The translations under genes and the position numbers were made by a program. From an uncultured delta proteobacterium (GTDB lineage Bacteria; Myxococcota_A; Polyangia; Fen-1088), in the NCBI GenBank assembly GCA_963796685.1, contig CAWCMR010000009.1:96001-160000 (forward strand): DNA of 64,000 bases, read 5' to 3'. The notes beneath the pieces were generated by a model that did no database searches, was not told where the DNA came from, and worked only from the letters and a program-made list of their open reading frames with translations. Positions 48,857 to 60,303 of the stretch are shown piece after piece (position 1 is the stretch's first letter; each line of letters opens with the position of its first letter).

Positions 48857-50896
48857 TCAGAGGTCGAAGGCGATTCCGGCAAACCATGTGTTGTCGCCAA
48901 CGTGGAGCGTGTTGCTCAAGCCCAGGCCGTTGATTGCTGCATAGCTCCACTCGAAGAACAACGCGCAAGGGTCTGCGATGGCGCCGGCACTGTTGGCGCT
49001 GGAGGAGAGCCATGCAAGCCCGAGCATCAACCCGGCAGTGGCGTGCCAACCTAAGGACAAACCCGTCTGTGAGCTGCTTTCCCCTGTGCTGCTGGCTCTC
49101 CACTCCGTACCGTCGAGGCCGAGCTTCGCATACGGGATGAGCGGTATGGTCTGCAAACCGGGCAGCCCGTTGGCAAGGTAGAGCATGGAGAGCGAGACGG
49201 GAATCAGGCGCAGCTCAGTCTCGTCACCGCTGCGAGTGACCCCATCGGCCAAGAACGCGGCAGCGGTGCTCCGGTAGTATCCAACCCGAAGGCCGACTCC
49301 CCATGTGCCAAAGCGACGAAGGAGGTAACGGTCTAGCTCCGCCGCCGACAGCAAGTGACGGGAGCTCGAGAAGGTGTCGGCAAAAGGGTGAGCGCCGCCC
49401 TTGAACTCGCCGTCCACGTCGGGACGATAGAGCGAAACGCCGAGCTGGAAGCCCCACTCGGGCGGAGAGAATGCGGGAGAACCCGCCGGCTCCTCGAACC
49501 CCGAATCGTGCATCTCCCTCAGCCCCGGCTCCTCGAGCGACGGTTCCTGAAACAACGACTCCTGCGCTTGGGCGGTTGGGGCAAGAAGCAGGCCCCCAAG
49601 CAACGCGACCAACCGAGCATGGCTCGGGTGCTTGCGGCGCCGATGCAGGCGTCGATACAGCAGGAGGATGAACAAGATCAGAGCCGTGATCGCTGCACCA
49701 GCGAGGGGCTCCGCTGTACCGGAGCTGCCCAAGCGGCAGACCGAGCATCCTGACGCTGCCCCGCCCGACTCCTTGTACTTGTCCCAAAAACTCATCGTGG
49801 GCTGCGGCGTGGCCACGACGGGCGACGAAGGAGCGCTCGTGTCACCGCTCGGATCAATGGCAATAACCGCGAGGGTGTAAGCGGTGCCGTTGACCAGGCC
49901 CGTCACTCGAACTGACCTCGCGGTGGCTGAGAGCGCAGCCGAGCAGAGCTGAGTTTCGTCGGCAGGCGTGATCACGGTTGCACCCGGGTTGCTGACCAAG
50001 CCGCAGCTCTCGTATCCTGCCGAAGACGCGCTGGTGGGGCGAGGTAGGCAAAGGACCTGATAGCCCGCAACGAGCGAGTCTTCGGTAGGCGGGGTCCAGC
50101 TCACCAGCACCCCCTCGTTCGCTGGCTCGGCGTTCACGCCGGTCGGTGCGCCGACCGTGTCTCCCGATACCGGCAAATCGATGGTGAGGGAAAAGGAGAG
50201 CGGCTTCCCGTCCTGAGTCAGAATCGCCCAAAGGGTCGTGCTGGCTGCGCTCAGGCTGGCGCAGCTCGGGCTGGTGCTGCCGGTCGCCACTTCATAGACT
50301 GCACTGCTGTCGAATTTCGGTGCGCTTCCCTGCTGCGATGCCGAGAAGCTCGCCTGTCCGAGCGAGGTGCACGACGCCGATGCCGCGTAGCAGTTGTCGC
50401 CCAGGTAGAACGTGACCCCGATGGTCGAGCTGCCAATGTTGGTCTGCCCTGTGGACGTGGCCTGCAACACCGGAGCTAGGCTCCGCGGACACTGGCAGCG
50501 ATGAGGGCCGAAGACACCATCGAGATTGTTCGTGTCGAGCTCGACCCAATCTCCCGCTTCGGTGTACTCGTCGAGGCTCAGGCTGAAATCACTTTGCGAA
50601 AGTGAAACCGGTGCCGCGCCCGCTGCCGTCGGCACGAGCGAAGTCAGCAGCAGCAACGCGGTTGCCGTTGCTGGCCAGGCCGGACGCCGGAGCCAGGATC
50701 GAGCCTTCTTCCAGAAGCGGCTGCCACCGCAGCCGATACCATCAGCAAGAAGCCCATCAGGTACTTGATAGGCCATCGATCGACCTAAGCTATCTGAGAT
50801 CGCCTGGTCACGGTCGATGGGGTCGGGTCGGTAGGCATGCGAGTTGCCCGACGCCCGAGGCCGGCTTGCGGCACGTGCCTGCGTGGCTTCGTTCAT
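48857..50896 (-). CDS. FN3-domain surface protein fused to an MXAN_2562-like outer-membrane beta-barrel
   Basis: FN3 (VSWTPP...GYQV...GLVNGTAY), FWDKYKESGG..GCS plus TM, second signal-like segment, barrel ending in IAFDL. Confidence 0.65.
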   Translation of the reverse strand: MNEATQARAASRPRASGNSHAYRPDPIDRDQAISDSLGRSMAYQVPDGLLADGIGCGGSRFWKKARSWLRRPAWPATATALLLLTSLVPTAAGAAPVSLSQSDFSLSLDEYTEAGDWVELDTNNLDGVFGPHRCQCPRSLAPVLQATSTGQTNIGSSTIGVTFYLGDNCYAASASCTSLGQASFSASQQGSAPKFDSSAVYEVATGSTSPSCASLSAASTTLWAILTQDGKPLSFSLTIDLPVSGDTVGAPTGVNAEPANEGVLVSWTPPTEDSLVAGYQVLCLPRPTSASSAGYESCGLVSNPGATVITPADETQLCSAALSATARSVRVTGLVNGTAYTLAVIAIDPSGDTSAPSSPVVATPQPTMSFWDKYKESGGAASGCSVCRLGSSGTAEPLAGAAITALILFILLLYRRLHRRRKHPSHARLVALLGGLLLAPTAQAQESLFQEPSLEEPGLREMHDSGFEEPAGSPAFSPPEWGFQLGVSLYRPDVDGEFKGGAHPFADTFSSSRHLLSAAELDRYLLRRFGTWGVGLRVGYYRSTAAAFLADGVTRSGDETELRLIPVSLSMLYLANGLPGLQTIPLIPYAKLGLDGTEWRASSTGESSSQTGLSLGWHATAGLMLGLAWLSSSANSAGAIADPCALFFEWSYAAINGLGLSNTLHVGDNTWFAGIAFDL

Positions 50897-51262
50897 CGCG
50901 CGATACCGCACAATCCGCGCCCTCGCTCAGGTTCGCACATGCCTCAACCGCCCCAGGTGCGGGTCGCGCCTTCGCTCTGACTGGCACAGGCATCGACTGC
51001 TTCTTGTGGGCCGGTGCAGAGGCATGCATGCCAGAGCTTCCTGGCCATCGGGCCTCTTTAGGCATTTCCCCGGTACGGCCTGCCCACGAAAGGACACCGT
51101 GCAGGTCGCGCCCTCGCTCTGGTCGGCGCACGCATCGATGGCATCCTGTGGCGGCCCGGGTTCATGGTCGTCCGCAGCACGGGCCTGGGTCGGAGGAAAC
51201 CCGAGCACGGCCGCCGAGGCGACGCAGGCAACGAATCCGAGATCTCGCGCAGTCATCATCAA
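50808..51262 (-). pseudogene. Small secreted Cys-repeat protein, apparently frameshifted
   Basis: PPQDAIDAC repeat and PGAVEAC repeat lie in different frames. Confidence 0.5.
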
Positions 51263-51724
51263 TCTCCTTCTCTCGAAGAGAAGACATCCAAGCGTGGCCT
51301 AGCGTTACTGCCGTTCACTCCAAGAGAGAGTCGCGCGGCCGATTTTCGCTCGCTGGGGTGTGCTATGGCATCTTCGGATCAGGAGGTCGACGGGACGGTC
51401 GTCGTGGGCGAGCAGCATCACCAGGCCAGCCTGGATCCACGTTACGCAAAGGTGTTGCGGGGAGAGCAGGTAGGTCGGGCGGCGAGGAAGTGCAAACTCA
51501 TCGGATCCGCGCGGCAGCGACCCGGCCTTCGTGCCTGACAGCGCAGGTGTGGCAGCGTGGCGCTCACGGGCGTTCATCCTGTTCTCTCTGTCGCCTGGAA
51601 AATCAGGAGCGAGGGACGGTACGGCAACTCGTGGACATCGGGAAGGCGGTGAGGATTCTCGGTTTCGCAAAATTCTGCACTCCGCGCATCACGAAATGTC
51701 CTCGCTGGGTGTCATATCCAGGAC

Positions 51725-53059
51725 ATGTCGTCTCCCTCTTCGAAAGCCAATCCGTCTGCCGAGGTTCCCCTGGTTTCGCCAAGCGAGATCCTGGGGCTTG
51801 GTCGCCGACGGCGCCGCTCGCGATGGATTGTGCTTGGCGCGGGGACGGTCGTTTTGGTTGCGGCGCCGCTGGCTCTCGGTCCGTCGCTCTTGGGGCATCG
51901 GCCGCCCGCGCCGCCGCGTTTTGAAACCGCGTTGGTGACCCAGGGGGATCTGCGTGTGGCGGTGACTGCGACCGGGACGCTGAGCGCGCGCGACAGTGTG
52001 TCCATCGGCGCCGAGATCAGCGGGCGCGTGCTCCGCGTGCTGGTGGATTACAACGACAAGGTCGTGCCCGGGCAGATTCTGGCCGAGATCGATCCCGAGC
52101 AGTACCGCGCCCGGCGCGAGGATGCGCAGGCGCAGTTGGCCCTGGGCAAGGCCGCCTTGCTCACGGCCCAGGCCACCCAGCACGAAACCGAGCTGAAGGC
52201 CGAGCGCCTGCGGACCATGCGGCAGAGTGGCCTGTCGAGCCAGCAGGATCTGGAGGGCGCGGAAGCGGCTTTGGATCGCGCCAACGCATCGTTGGCCAAC
52301 GCCAGGGCCCAGATCGCCTCGGCCGAGGCCTCGTTGAAGGTGGCGCTCTCGAATCTGGGCAAGACCCTCATTCGCTCGCCCATCACGGGCATGGTGCTTG
52401 AGCGCAGCGTGGAGCCGGGCCAGACGGTTACCGCCGGGCTGCAGACGCCGGTGGTGTTCACCCTGGCGGCTGATCTGTCCGACATGTTGCTGGCGGTGAA
52501 GGTCGACGAGGCCGACGTGGGACAGATCCGGCCCGACCTGACTGCCACCTTCACCGTCGATGCCTATCCGAACCGCACGTTCGAATCGACCGTGCTCAAG
52601 GTCAAGAACATGCCCACCACCAGCCAGAACGTGGTCACCTACGAAACCCGCCTGCTAGTGAAGAACGTCGACGGGCTGTTGCGGCCAGGCATGACCGCCA
52701 CTGCGACCATCGCCATCGAGAACCAGAAAGACGTTCTGCTGGTGCCGAACGCGGCGCTGCGCTTTGCCCCCAAGATGCCGGCCCCGCCGCCGTCCGCGCC
52801 CGGCAGCGGGTTTTCCATCCGCAGTCTCATGCCGCCTCCGCCTGGGGGCGGGCCCCGGCCTCCCTTGGCACCGGGCGCCGGCCCTGCGGGGGACAAAATG
52901 CCCGCCGGGGCGCGTGTGTTCGTGTTGCGCGGGCCGTTTCCCGAACCGATCCCGGTCCAGGTGGGCGCCACCGACGGCGTGAAGACCTCGATTCGAGGTA
53001 CAGGGATCGCTGCCGGCGTGTCCGTGATCGTGGGCCAGGCCGACACCACGGGGAACTAG
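51725..53059 (+). CDS. MacA-like periplasmic adaptor (membrane fusion protein)
   Basis: IGAEISG...VDYND.V..GQILA, IRSPITG, VDEADVG, LRPGMTA. Confidence 0.92.
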   Translation: MSSPSSKANPSAEVPLVSPSEILGLGRRRRRSRWIVLGAGTVVLVAAPLALGPSLLGHRPPAPPRFETALVTQGDLRVAVTATGTLSARDSVSIGAEISGRVLRVLVDYNDKVVPGQILAEIDPEQYRARREDAQAQLALGKAALLTAQATQHETELKAERLRTMRQSGLSSQQDLEGAEAALDRANASLANARAQIASAEASLKVALSNLGKTLIRSPITGMVLERSVEPGQTVTAGLQTPVVFTLAADLSDMLLAVKVDEADVGQIRPDLTATFTVDAYPNRTFESTVLKVKNMPTTSQNVVTYETRLLVKNVDGLLRPGMTATATIAIENQKDVLLVPNAALRFAPKMPAPPPSAPGSGFSIRSLMPPPPGGGPRPPLAPGAGPAGDKMPAGARVFVLRGPFPEPIPVQVGATDGVKTSIRGTGIAAGVSVIVGQADTTGN

Positions 53060-53062
53060 CCC

Positions 53063-53746
53063 ATGCCGCCCATCATTTCCTTTCGTGGGATCCAAAAGAT
53101 CTACGGCAAGTGCGAATCAGAAGTGCGCGCTCTGGACGGCATCGACCTGGACATCCAGCCGGGCGAGCTTGTGGCCATCATGGGGGCGAGCGGCAGCGGC
53201 AAGTCCACCGCCATGAACATTATCGGGTGCCTGGATTCGGCCACCACGGGCTCGTATCGCTTCTCGGGCGTGGAGGTCGCCGACCTGGACGATCGGCAGC
53301 GCGCCCTGCTGCGCCGGCAGTACATCGGGTTCGTGTTCCAGGGGTTCAACCTTCTCGCGCGCACCAGCGCCTTGGAGAATGTGGCACTGCCTCTTGTGTA
53401 CCGTCGGGTGAAACGCAAAGAGCGCCGCGAGCGCGCCCTGGCCGCGCTGGAGCTGGTGGGCATCGCCAACCGCGCCCAGCACTACGCCAGCGAGCTGTCG
53501 GGTGGGCAGCAGCAGCGTGTGGCCATCGCGCGCGCCCTGGTGACCAACCCTCCCCTGCTCTTGGCCGACGAGCCCACGGGCAACCTGGATTCCTCGCGCA
53601 GTCAGGAAATCATGCGCCTGCTCACCGAGTTGAACCGCACGCGCAACATCAGCATCGTGATGGTCACCCACGAGGCGGCCATCGCCGCCTTCTGCCATCG
53701 GGTGATCGCCTTTCGCGACGGCAAGATCCAGGGGGCACAGTCATGA
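53063..53746 (+). CDS. MacB/LolD-type ABC ATP-binding protein
   Basis: [33 protein letters not shown]. Confidence 0.95.
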   Translation: MPPIISFRGIQKIYGKCESEVRALDGIDLDIQPGELVAIMGASGSGKSTAMNIIGCLDSATTGSYRFSGVEVADLDDRQRALLRRQYIGFVFQGFNLLARTSALENVALPLVYRRVKRKERRERALAALELVGIANRAQHYASELSGGQQQRVAIARALVTNPPLLLADEPTGNLDSSRSQEIMRLLTELNRTRNISIVMVTHEAAIAAFCHRVIAFRDGKIQGAQS

Positions 53747-54948
53747 TTGCCGAGACCTTGCTGATGGCTTTGCGTGAGATCCGTCGCAACGCCTTGCGAT
53801 CGTTACTGACCATGCTGGGCGTGATCATCGGCGTCGGCTCGGTCATCACCATGGTTACCGTGGGCAACGGCGCCACCGCCAAGGTGCGATCCGACGTGGG
53901 GGCGCTAGGGCAGAACATGCTGATGCTTATGCCCGGGGCCACGCGGCGCGGGGGACCGCCGTCGTCGGCCACGCCGTTTACCGAGGCGGACATGCTGGCC
54001 ATTCGGCGCGAAGTCCGCGGCATCGAGGCCCTTGCCGGCACCGCCAGCGCGTCTGCCGTGGCCATCGCGGGCGCCGAGCAATGGCCTACGTCGATCACCG
54101 GCGGCGACAACGACTTTCTGACCGTGCGCAATTATCGCCTGCGCTGGGGCCGTGCCTTCACCGACGGCGAGATCAACGCGGGCACGCCCGTGTGCATCTT
54201 GGGCCACACCGTGGCGCAGAAACTCTTCAAGGATTCGCAGAGCTTCGACGAGCGTATCCGCGTTGGCCGGGTTTCCTGCCAGGTCATCGGCGTGCTGGTG
54301 GCCAAGGGCGCCGCGGCCATGGGACCGGACCAGGACGACCTGCTGGTGATGCCCTTGCGCGCGGTCCAGCACCGACTGAACGGCAACAACTACTTGAGCA
54401 TGGCCTTCGTCAAGGTCAGCACCACCGCCCGCGTGGCCACGGTGAAGGATCAGATCGAGGCCTTGATGCGCGAGCGACGACGCCTGGCCCGCGATGCCGA
54501 ATCGGATTTCATGGTGGGCGACCTGCAAGAGATCGCCAAGGCCATGAGCAGCGTGACCGCGGCCCTGACCGGCCTTCTTGGCGGTATCGCCGCGGTCAGC
54601 CTTCTGGTCGGCGGCATCGGCATCATGAACATCATGTTGGTCAGCGTGACCGAACGGACGCGCGAGATAGGCACGCGCCTGGCCATCGGCGCCCTGGCCC
54701 ACGAGGTGCTATTACAGTTCTTGGTCGAGGCCACCGTGCTTTCCACCCTGGGTGGGGTGTTCGGCATTCTCTTTGGGCTGGGGTTAAGCGCCATCGGCAC
54801 CAAGTTCTTGCAGGTGCCCTTCATCTTCAGTCCTGGCATCACCATCGCGGCCTTTGTCTTCTCAGCCGCCGTTGGGATCCTATTCGGTTTTCTACCGGCC
54901 CGGCGCGCCGCCCGCCTGAATCCCATCGAGGCCCTTCGCCATGAATAG
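53743..54948 (+). CDS. MacB-type ABC permease
   Basis: VGGIGIMNIMLVSVTERTREIG, PARRAARLNPIEALRHE. Confidence 0.95.
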   Translation: MIAETLLMALREIRRNALRSLLTMLGVIIGVGSVITMVTVGNGATAKVRSDVGALGQNMLMLMPGATRRGGPPSSATPFTEADMLAIRREVRGIEALAGTASASAVAIAGAEQWPTSITGGDNDFLTVRNYRLRWGRAFTDGEINAGTPVCILGHTVAQKLFKDSQSFDERIRVGRVSCQVIGVLVAKGAAAMGPDQDDLLVMPLRAVQHRLNGNNYLSMAFVKVSTTARVATVKDQIEALMRERRRLARDAESDFMVGDLQEIAKAMSSVTAALTGLLGGIAAVSLLVGGIGIMNIMLVSVTERTREIGTRLAIGALAHEVLLQFLVEATVLSTLGGVFGILFGLGLSAIGTKFLQVPFIFSPGITIAAFVFSAAVGILFGFLPARRAARLNPIEALRHE

Positions 54949-56404
54949 CCCACGAATCGCGCTGTGTGCTTTGCTCCTGACCTCGGCCCCTGCGCGCGCC
55001 GACGAGCCGGTGGTCATCGACGAGGCTTGGGTGGTGAACACGCTCAAGGCCAACAGCCCGTCCTTGCGAGCCGCGGCCATCGCGGTCGAGCAGACGCGCG
55101 CGACCACGCTGCTGGAGGAGGGAAAGTTCCCTTTCATCTTTCAGGCCGACAGCAACTACACCCGCCTCAAGACCCCGCAGTTGACCAGCGATGCCACCGT
55201 GGCCAGTCAGGGCAACAGCCTGGCCGTGGGCACGCAACTCGGCCGCACCTTCACCAGCGGCGCCACGCTGACTCTCAGGCTGCAGGGCCAATATTCGAAC
55301 GGGCAAAGCTCGATGATGTGCGCGTCCGCGGGCTCATCCCCGGACTGCTACCAGGCGACCATGCGCGTCTCCCTGACCCAACCCTTGCTCAGCGGTTTTG
55401 GCGGCAATGTCAATCTGGCCAGCCTGCGCGCCGCCCGTATCAGCGAGCAGAAACAGCGCAAGACCTTCGATCGGCAGGCGAGCGAATTGGTGCGCGATGC
55501 CCTGCTCGGCTATTGGGAGCTGTTCTACGAATACAAGGCGGTGCAGATTCAACGGGCCGCGCTGACCCTGGCCAAGACGCAACAACACGAGGCCGAGCAG
55601 CGAGTCGAACATGGACAATTGGCCGCGGCCGATGCCCTGAAGTTCCGCACCCAGGTGGCCAGCCTGACGGAATCGCTGATCAACGCGCAAGCGGCACTGG
55701 CCACGGGCACGTCCGAGCTGGGCCGCCTGGTGGGGATTTCTGCGCCCCTGCTGGCTTGGAGGCCAAGTGAGCGCGAGCCGAAATTGAGCCCGCTGCCGTG
55801 CATGAATGTGGTGATCGAAGAGCTGCGCCAGCAAAGCCCGGCCTTGGCCGAGCAGGCCGAAGCCCTGCGCCTGGCCCGCGATCAGCGCCAGACCGCAGGC
55901 GACGAATACCGTGCCCGCCTGGATGCCTCGACCTGGGTGGAATCCGGCGGCCTGGGTGCGGGCGAGATGACGCCAGCGCTTCGCCAGGCCGGCACCTTGG
56001 GCGCGGTAAGCGTGTACGCCGGGCTCATCTTTCAGAAGACCCTCGACGAAAAACGCCTGCATGCCGCCCGGGCACGGGCCGCGCAAACCGAGGCCCTGGC
56101 CGAAGCCAACCTGGCCGCCACCAGCCAACAGCTCGAAGCCACCGCGGTGCAGACCTGGCAGAAGGCCGAGCAAGCGCACGCGCTTCACGACGCCGCCAAC
56201 GTCACCCTGGAAGTGGCCAACCTACAGGCAGAAAACGAACGTGCACGCTACCGTGTCGGCGCCAACACCTATCTCGACGTGCAAGTGGCCGAGGACACCC
56301 TTCGCCAGGCCCGCCTGCGCGTGGTCCGCGCCGCCGTCGACCAACTCAAGGCGCGCATCATTCTCGATCACACCACCGGCGCGCTGCTGGCCACGCGGCT
56401 GTGA
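54941..56404 (+). CDS. TolC-family outer-membrane channel
   Basis: Signal peptide, SLTQPLL, helical OEP repeats, operon position. Confidence 0.85.
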   Translation: MNSPRIALCALLLTSAPARADEPVVIDEAWVVNTLKANSPSLRAAAIAVEQTRATTLLEEGKFPFIFQADSNYTRLKTPQLTSDATVASQGNSLAVGTQLGRTFTSGATLTLRLQGQYSNGQSSMMCASAGSSPDCYQATMRVSLTQPLLSGFGGNVNLASLRAARISEQKQRKTFDRQASELVRDALLGYWELFYEYKAVQIQRAALTLAKTQQHEAEQRVEHGQLAAADALKFRTQVASLTESLINAQAALATGTSELGRLVGISAPLLAWRPSEREPKLSPLPCMNVVIEELRQQSPALAEQAEALRLARDQRQTAGDEYRARLDASTWVESGGLGAGEMTPALRQAGTLGAVSVYAGLIFQKTLDEKRLHAARARAAQTEALAEANLAATSQQLEATAVQTWQKAEQAHALHDAANVTLEVANLQAENERARYRVGANTYLDVQVAEDTLRQARLRVVRAAVDQLKARIILDHTTGALLATRL

Positions 56405-56695
56405 CGGCGCCCGCTCAAGTGGTCCACCGAATCTCGCCACGTCCTTTCCTGCAGTTTCCCGCCAGCGTTGCGCGTCGAGTCTGCCATGACATCACGGCGT
56501 TGCAGCGGCTGACCGGGTCGAGTGCTTCCACGCCCCCGCCCCGCTATCCTTCGACAAGAGCTGTCCCATGCTCTGCCCGCCCACCATGCCTCCCTTGCGC
56601 GGTTCGAGGGCTGGTACCACGAGGTCCGATGGGGAATGCGACGCCTAACGACAAATCAGAACGACGCCCCCGGCGCGCCGATAGGATCAACCACC

Positions 56696-56935
56696 TCACT
56701 CGTTCATTGCGTCCCACATCTCGAGAACCCGTTGGACCACGGATGCTGTTCCGGCCATCTTGGGCACGAAAGTATCCGGCTTGACCTCATCGAGACGGAT
56801 CTGCAGCTCGTCTCCGGTCGTACCCAATACCAAGGCGATGCGAGTTGGGCGGCCATGGGACAACTCTCGGAAGGTGCGACACAGGACGGCAACATCCAGG
56901 TTCGGCATGTGGACGTCGCTGACGAGAATGGTGGG
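56696..56935 (-). pseudogene. Receiver-domain fragment
   Basis: ILVSDVHMPNLD...FVPK, no N-terminus. Confidence 0.55.
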
Positions 56936-57017
56936 GGCAACCATTCTCGGCGATGGAACCTTGGCCCTCATCGTGGACGTCCCGGCGCTGCTTCGCAGCG
57001 TCCAGCAGGCGGCGTAA
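56930..57017 (+). pseudogene. cheA: CheA C-terminal (CheW-like domain) tip
   Basis: GATILGDGTLALIVDVPALL, directly before cheR. Confidence 0.75.
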
Positions 57018-57018
57018 C

Positions 57019-57900
57019 ATGGGAGGCACCGAGGTCGAGACTCCCTCGATTCCCCAGGCGTGGAGCGAGGGCCAGCTCGCCACGCGCGATTTCGCGCAGT
57101 TGAGCGCCTTCATCGAGAAAGAAGTCGGCATCCAACTACCGCCGACCAAGCGGGTAATGCTGGAAGCCCGATTGCGGAAGCGACTTCGGGCGCTGGGACT
57201 TTCGGACTACCACGAGTACGTGACCCGTGTCTTCGGTCCGAGCCGGGACGAGGGTGAAATCGTCCACCTGATAGACGTAGTCACGACCAACAAGACGGAC
57301 TTCTTCCGCGAGCCCCATCACTTCACGTACCTCGCTGACGAGGCCCTCCCCGAGTTATTGGCACTGGGCGTCAACCATCCCTCGCGTCCCTTGACCGTGT
57401 GGAGCGCAGCCAGCTCGACCGGCGAAGAGCCCTACACCTTGGCCATGGTGCTGAGCGAGTTCGCGGAGTCCCGGGTCATGAGCTGGCAGATCCTGGCCAC
57501 GGACATATCCACTTCCGTGCTCGATCGCGCTCGGCGGGCCATCTACACGGAGGCGTGCGCGGCCACCATTCCCGGCGCGCTCAAGTACAAGTATCTCCTG
57601 CGCAGCCGCGATCGCGAGCAGGGCCTGGTTCGCATCAGCCCCCGCCTCAGACAAAAGGTCACGTTTCAGCGGCTCAACCTGCTTTCCCGGAGCTACAACC
57701 TTCCTCGCCCCATCGATGTCATCTTCTGTCGCAATGTCTTCATCTATTTCAATCGGGCCACGCAGGCGCAAATCCTCTTGCGCTTCACGGCGTTGCTGCG
57801 TCCGGGTGGATTTGTCTTCCTTGGTCATTCGGAAACCATCAACGGTCTGTCGGTTCCGCTGGTTCAGATCGCGCCGACGATCTACCAAAAAGCGAGGTAG
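57019..57900 (+). CDS. cheR: Chemotaxis methyltransferase
   Basis: [43 protein letters not shown]. Confidence 0.95.
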   Translation: MGGTEVETPSIPQAWSEGQLATRDFAQLSAFIEKEVGIQLPPTKRVMLEARLRKRLRALGLSDYHEYVTRVFGPSRDEGEIVHLIDVVTTNKTDFFREPHHFTYLADEALPELLALGVNHPSRPLTVWSAASSTGEEPYTLAMVLSEFAESRVMSWQILATDISTSVLDRARRAIYTEACAATIPGALKYKYLLRSRDREQGLVRISPRLRQKVTFQRLNLLSRSYNLPRPIDVIFCRNVFIYFNRATQAQILLRFTALLRPGGFVFLGHSETINGLSVPLVQIAPTIYQKAR

Positions 57901-57907
57901 CTGCCCC

Positions 57908-58987
57908 ATGCCGAAGAAGATTCAGGTCCTGGTCGTCGACGATTCCGCCGTCGTCAGGCAGACGTTGACGGAGATCCTGGCCTCCGACAAAGAGATCGGC
58001 ACGGTGGAAAGCGCGTCGGATCCCTACGTCGCCGCCGAGAAGATGCGTACCTTCCTGCCCGACGTCATCACCCTGGATATCGAGATGCCCCGCATGGACG
58101 GGTTGACCTTCTTGCAGAAGTTGATGAGCCAACATCCCATTCCGGTGGTCATCTGCTCGAGCCTCGCGGAGGATGGCTGCGACACCACCTTGCGCGCACT
58201 CGAGCTCGGGGCCATGGACATCATCACCAAGCCCAAGCTTGGAACGAAGCTGTTTCTCGAGGAGTCTCGAATCGAAATCTGCGACGCCGTCAAAGCGGCG
58301 GCAGGCGTATATCCCAACGCACGCGTTCACGGAAGCAGACCAGCCCCGCAGAAGATCCAACCCAAGCTGACTGCGGACGCCGTGATCGCCAAGGGATCGG
58401 GCCACGCCATGATTCAGACCACCGAGCGCATCGTCGCGGTGGGGGCATCCACGGGCGGCACGGAGGCCTTGCGCGAATTTCTCGCGGTCTTGCCCGTCGA
58501 TTGTCCCGGCATCGTCATCGTTCAACACATGCCGGAGAAGTTCACCGCCGCGTTTGCCAAGCGGCTCGACTCCTTATGCGCCGTGCAGGTGAAGGAAGCG
58601 GAGGACGGAGACAGCGTCATCCGTGGGCGAGCGCTTATCGCCCCTGGCAATCGACACACATTGCTCAAGCGGAGCGGCGCCAGGTACTACGTCGAGGTCA
58701 AGGATGGACCGTTGGTCTCGCGCCACCGCCCTTCGGCGGACGTGCTATTTCGCTCAGTCGCACGTTACGCAGGCAGCAACGCCGTGGGCATCATCATGAC
58801 CGGGATGGGTGACGACGGCGCGCGGGGCATGGCGGAGATGAAGGAAGCGGGCGCCACGAATCTCGCGCAAGACGAATCGACCTGTGTCGTGTTCGGCATG
58901 CCGGCCGAGGCCATCAAACACGGAGGGGTAGACAAGATTCTACCCCTGGGAAGCCTCGCGCACGAAGCGCTTCGGTTGTGTGCCTGA
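57908..58987 (+). CDS. cheB: Chemotaxis response regulator methylesterase
   Basis: VVDDS receiver, GASTGG, VQHMP, HRPS.D, MTGMG.DG. Confidence 0.96.
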   Translation: MPKKIQVLVVDDSAVVRQTLTEILASDKEIGTVESASDPYVAAEKMRTFLPDVITLDIEMPRMDGLTFLQKLMSQHPIPVVICSSLAEDGCDTTLRALELGAMDIITKPKLGTKLFLEESRIEICDAVKAAAGVYPNARVHGSRPAPQKIQPKLTADAVIAKGSGHAMIQTTERIVAVGASTGGTEALREFLAVLPVDCPGIVIVQHMPEKFTAAFAKRLDSLCAVQVKEAEDGDSVIRGRALIAPGNRHTLLKRSGARYYVEVKDGPLVSRHRPSADVLFRSVARYAGSNAVGIIMTGMGDDGARGMAEMKEAGATNLAQDESTCVVFGMPAEAIKHGGVDKILPLGSLAHEALRLCA

Positions 58988-59019
58988 TTCTGGTGGCAGC
59001 GGATTCCACCTTCATCGAC

Positions 59020-59181
59020 GTTGCATGCCGAAACTGGAAGCAATCGCTCGCAACGGCGCCAGGCCGATCCCCAAAAATGCGTTCTCGGGTCGCTGGAATC
59101 CGCTGGAATTTTCCGGTCTTCTCGATGCCCGCGATCGCGGCCACCACGATCGATTCCCGCGCATTCCGCGTGATCGTCTCC
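59020..59181 (-). repeat. Diverged copy of the ~150-bp non-coding segment at 41727-41875
   Basis: Shared blocks GGAGACGATCAC, TGCGCGGGAATCGATCG, GGATCG..CTGGCGCCGTT, GCGAT.GCTTCCA. Confidence 0.6.
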
Positions 59182-59212
59182 ATTCAAACTCCCTGCGGAT
59201 GATGGACGCTTG

Positions 59213-59665
59213 TCACGAGATGAAAATCCTGCGCAAGAGAGAGAGCGCGGCGGCGAGAGTCAGTTGCTCGTCTGCGTCGAGTTGCTCCGCGATCACGGTA
59301 GTGGCCCAACGCAAACGAATCTTCCAGTTGACGGCCAGCGCTCTACGCCCCGCAGCGGTCGTTGAGATGATACGGCGCCGGCCATGGTTGGAGTCATCGC
59401 GACGTGTGACGTAGCCGCCCGTTTCGAGCGCAGCCACGATCTCCCCCATCGATTGCGGCGTCATCGCCTCCGCGCGCGCCAGGTCTGCCGTCGTCGCAGG
59501 CCCATCGACCTCTAAGCGGTTCAGCGCGGATAGCTGCGGGAAAGGAAGCGTCTCGCCGGGGACGATCTTGTCTATGGACTCAGCGCGCGAGCGTCGGCGC
59601 AACGCGACTGTGATCTCTCGAAGCTGATCCGCGAGCTCCTCGGGGGTCGGTCGTTTGACAGCCAT
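59213..59665 (-). CDS. MarR-family regulator
   Basis: QLSALNRL...DLARAE.MTPQSM...LE..GYV.R...GRR. Confidence 0.9.
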   Translation of the reverse strand: MAVKRPTPEELADQLREITVALRRRSRAESIDKIVPGETLPFPQLSALNRLEVDGPATTADLARAEAMTPQSMGEIVAALETGGYVTRRDDSNHGRRRIISTTAAGRRALAVNWKIRLRWATTVIAEQLDADEQLTLAAALSLLRRIFIS

Positions 59666-59798
59666 GGAGACGATTCTGCCTTGTAGAAGGCTTCCTTACA
59701 AGGCAAGCTTCTATTTAATCGTTGCTGCTCCCCTTCGGGCGTGGACCGTGAAGCGCGCGAGCTGATCATGACGACTGAACAACCAAAGGAGAAAAACC

Positions 59799-60182
59799 AT
59801 GCGGTGGTACCACTACGTAGCCTACTTCTTCGGGGGCGCTTTTCTTGCGAACGCGCTCCCTCATCTCGGCAACGGAGTCTCGGGACACCCTTTCCAGAGC
59901 CCGTTCGCATCTCCGTCTGGGGAAGGCCTCTCGTCCTCCACGGTCAACGTTTTGTGGGGACTCTTCAACCTCGTCGTGGGTTACTTGCTCATCTGCCGCG
60001 TCGGGAGCTTCGAGCTGCGCAGGACCCGGCACATGCTCGTCCTCGGGGCCGGTGTCCTGCTGATGTCGCTCATGGGCGCCTGGGCATTCGGTCGCTTCCA
60101 CGGGGGACTTTTAAACAGGAACCGTGAGCCGGTCGCGGCGGACAGGCTGGCAAAGGGGCCAGATCTCGCTGGTTATAACTGA
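59799..60182 (+). CDS. Small membrane protein, divergent from MarR
   Basis: Three TM helices, ANALPH...FQSPFA.P.G.GLSS..VNVLWG. Confidence 0.75.
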   Translation: MRWYHYVAYFFGGAFLANALPHLGNGVSGHPFQSPFASPSGEGLSSSTVNVLWGLFNLVVGYLLICRVGSFELRRTRHMLVLGAGVLLMSLMGAWAFGRFHGGLLNRNREPVAADRLAKGPDLAGYN

Positions 60183-60303
60183 CACCTGAGCATATAAGCA
60201 GTCTCGGATATCAAGATCTTCCTTCCCGCAACGGATGTCGCGAGTGTCCCAGAAAATTCCCCGCACCCCTCGAATCCCATCCCCGTCGGCTGCGGCTTCG
60301 TCC

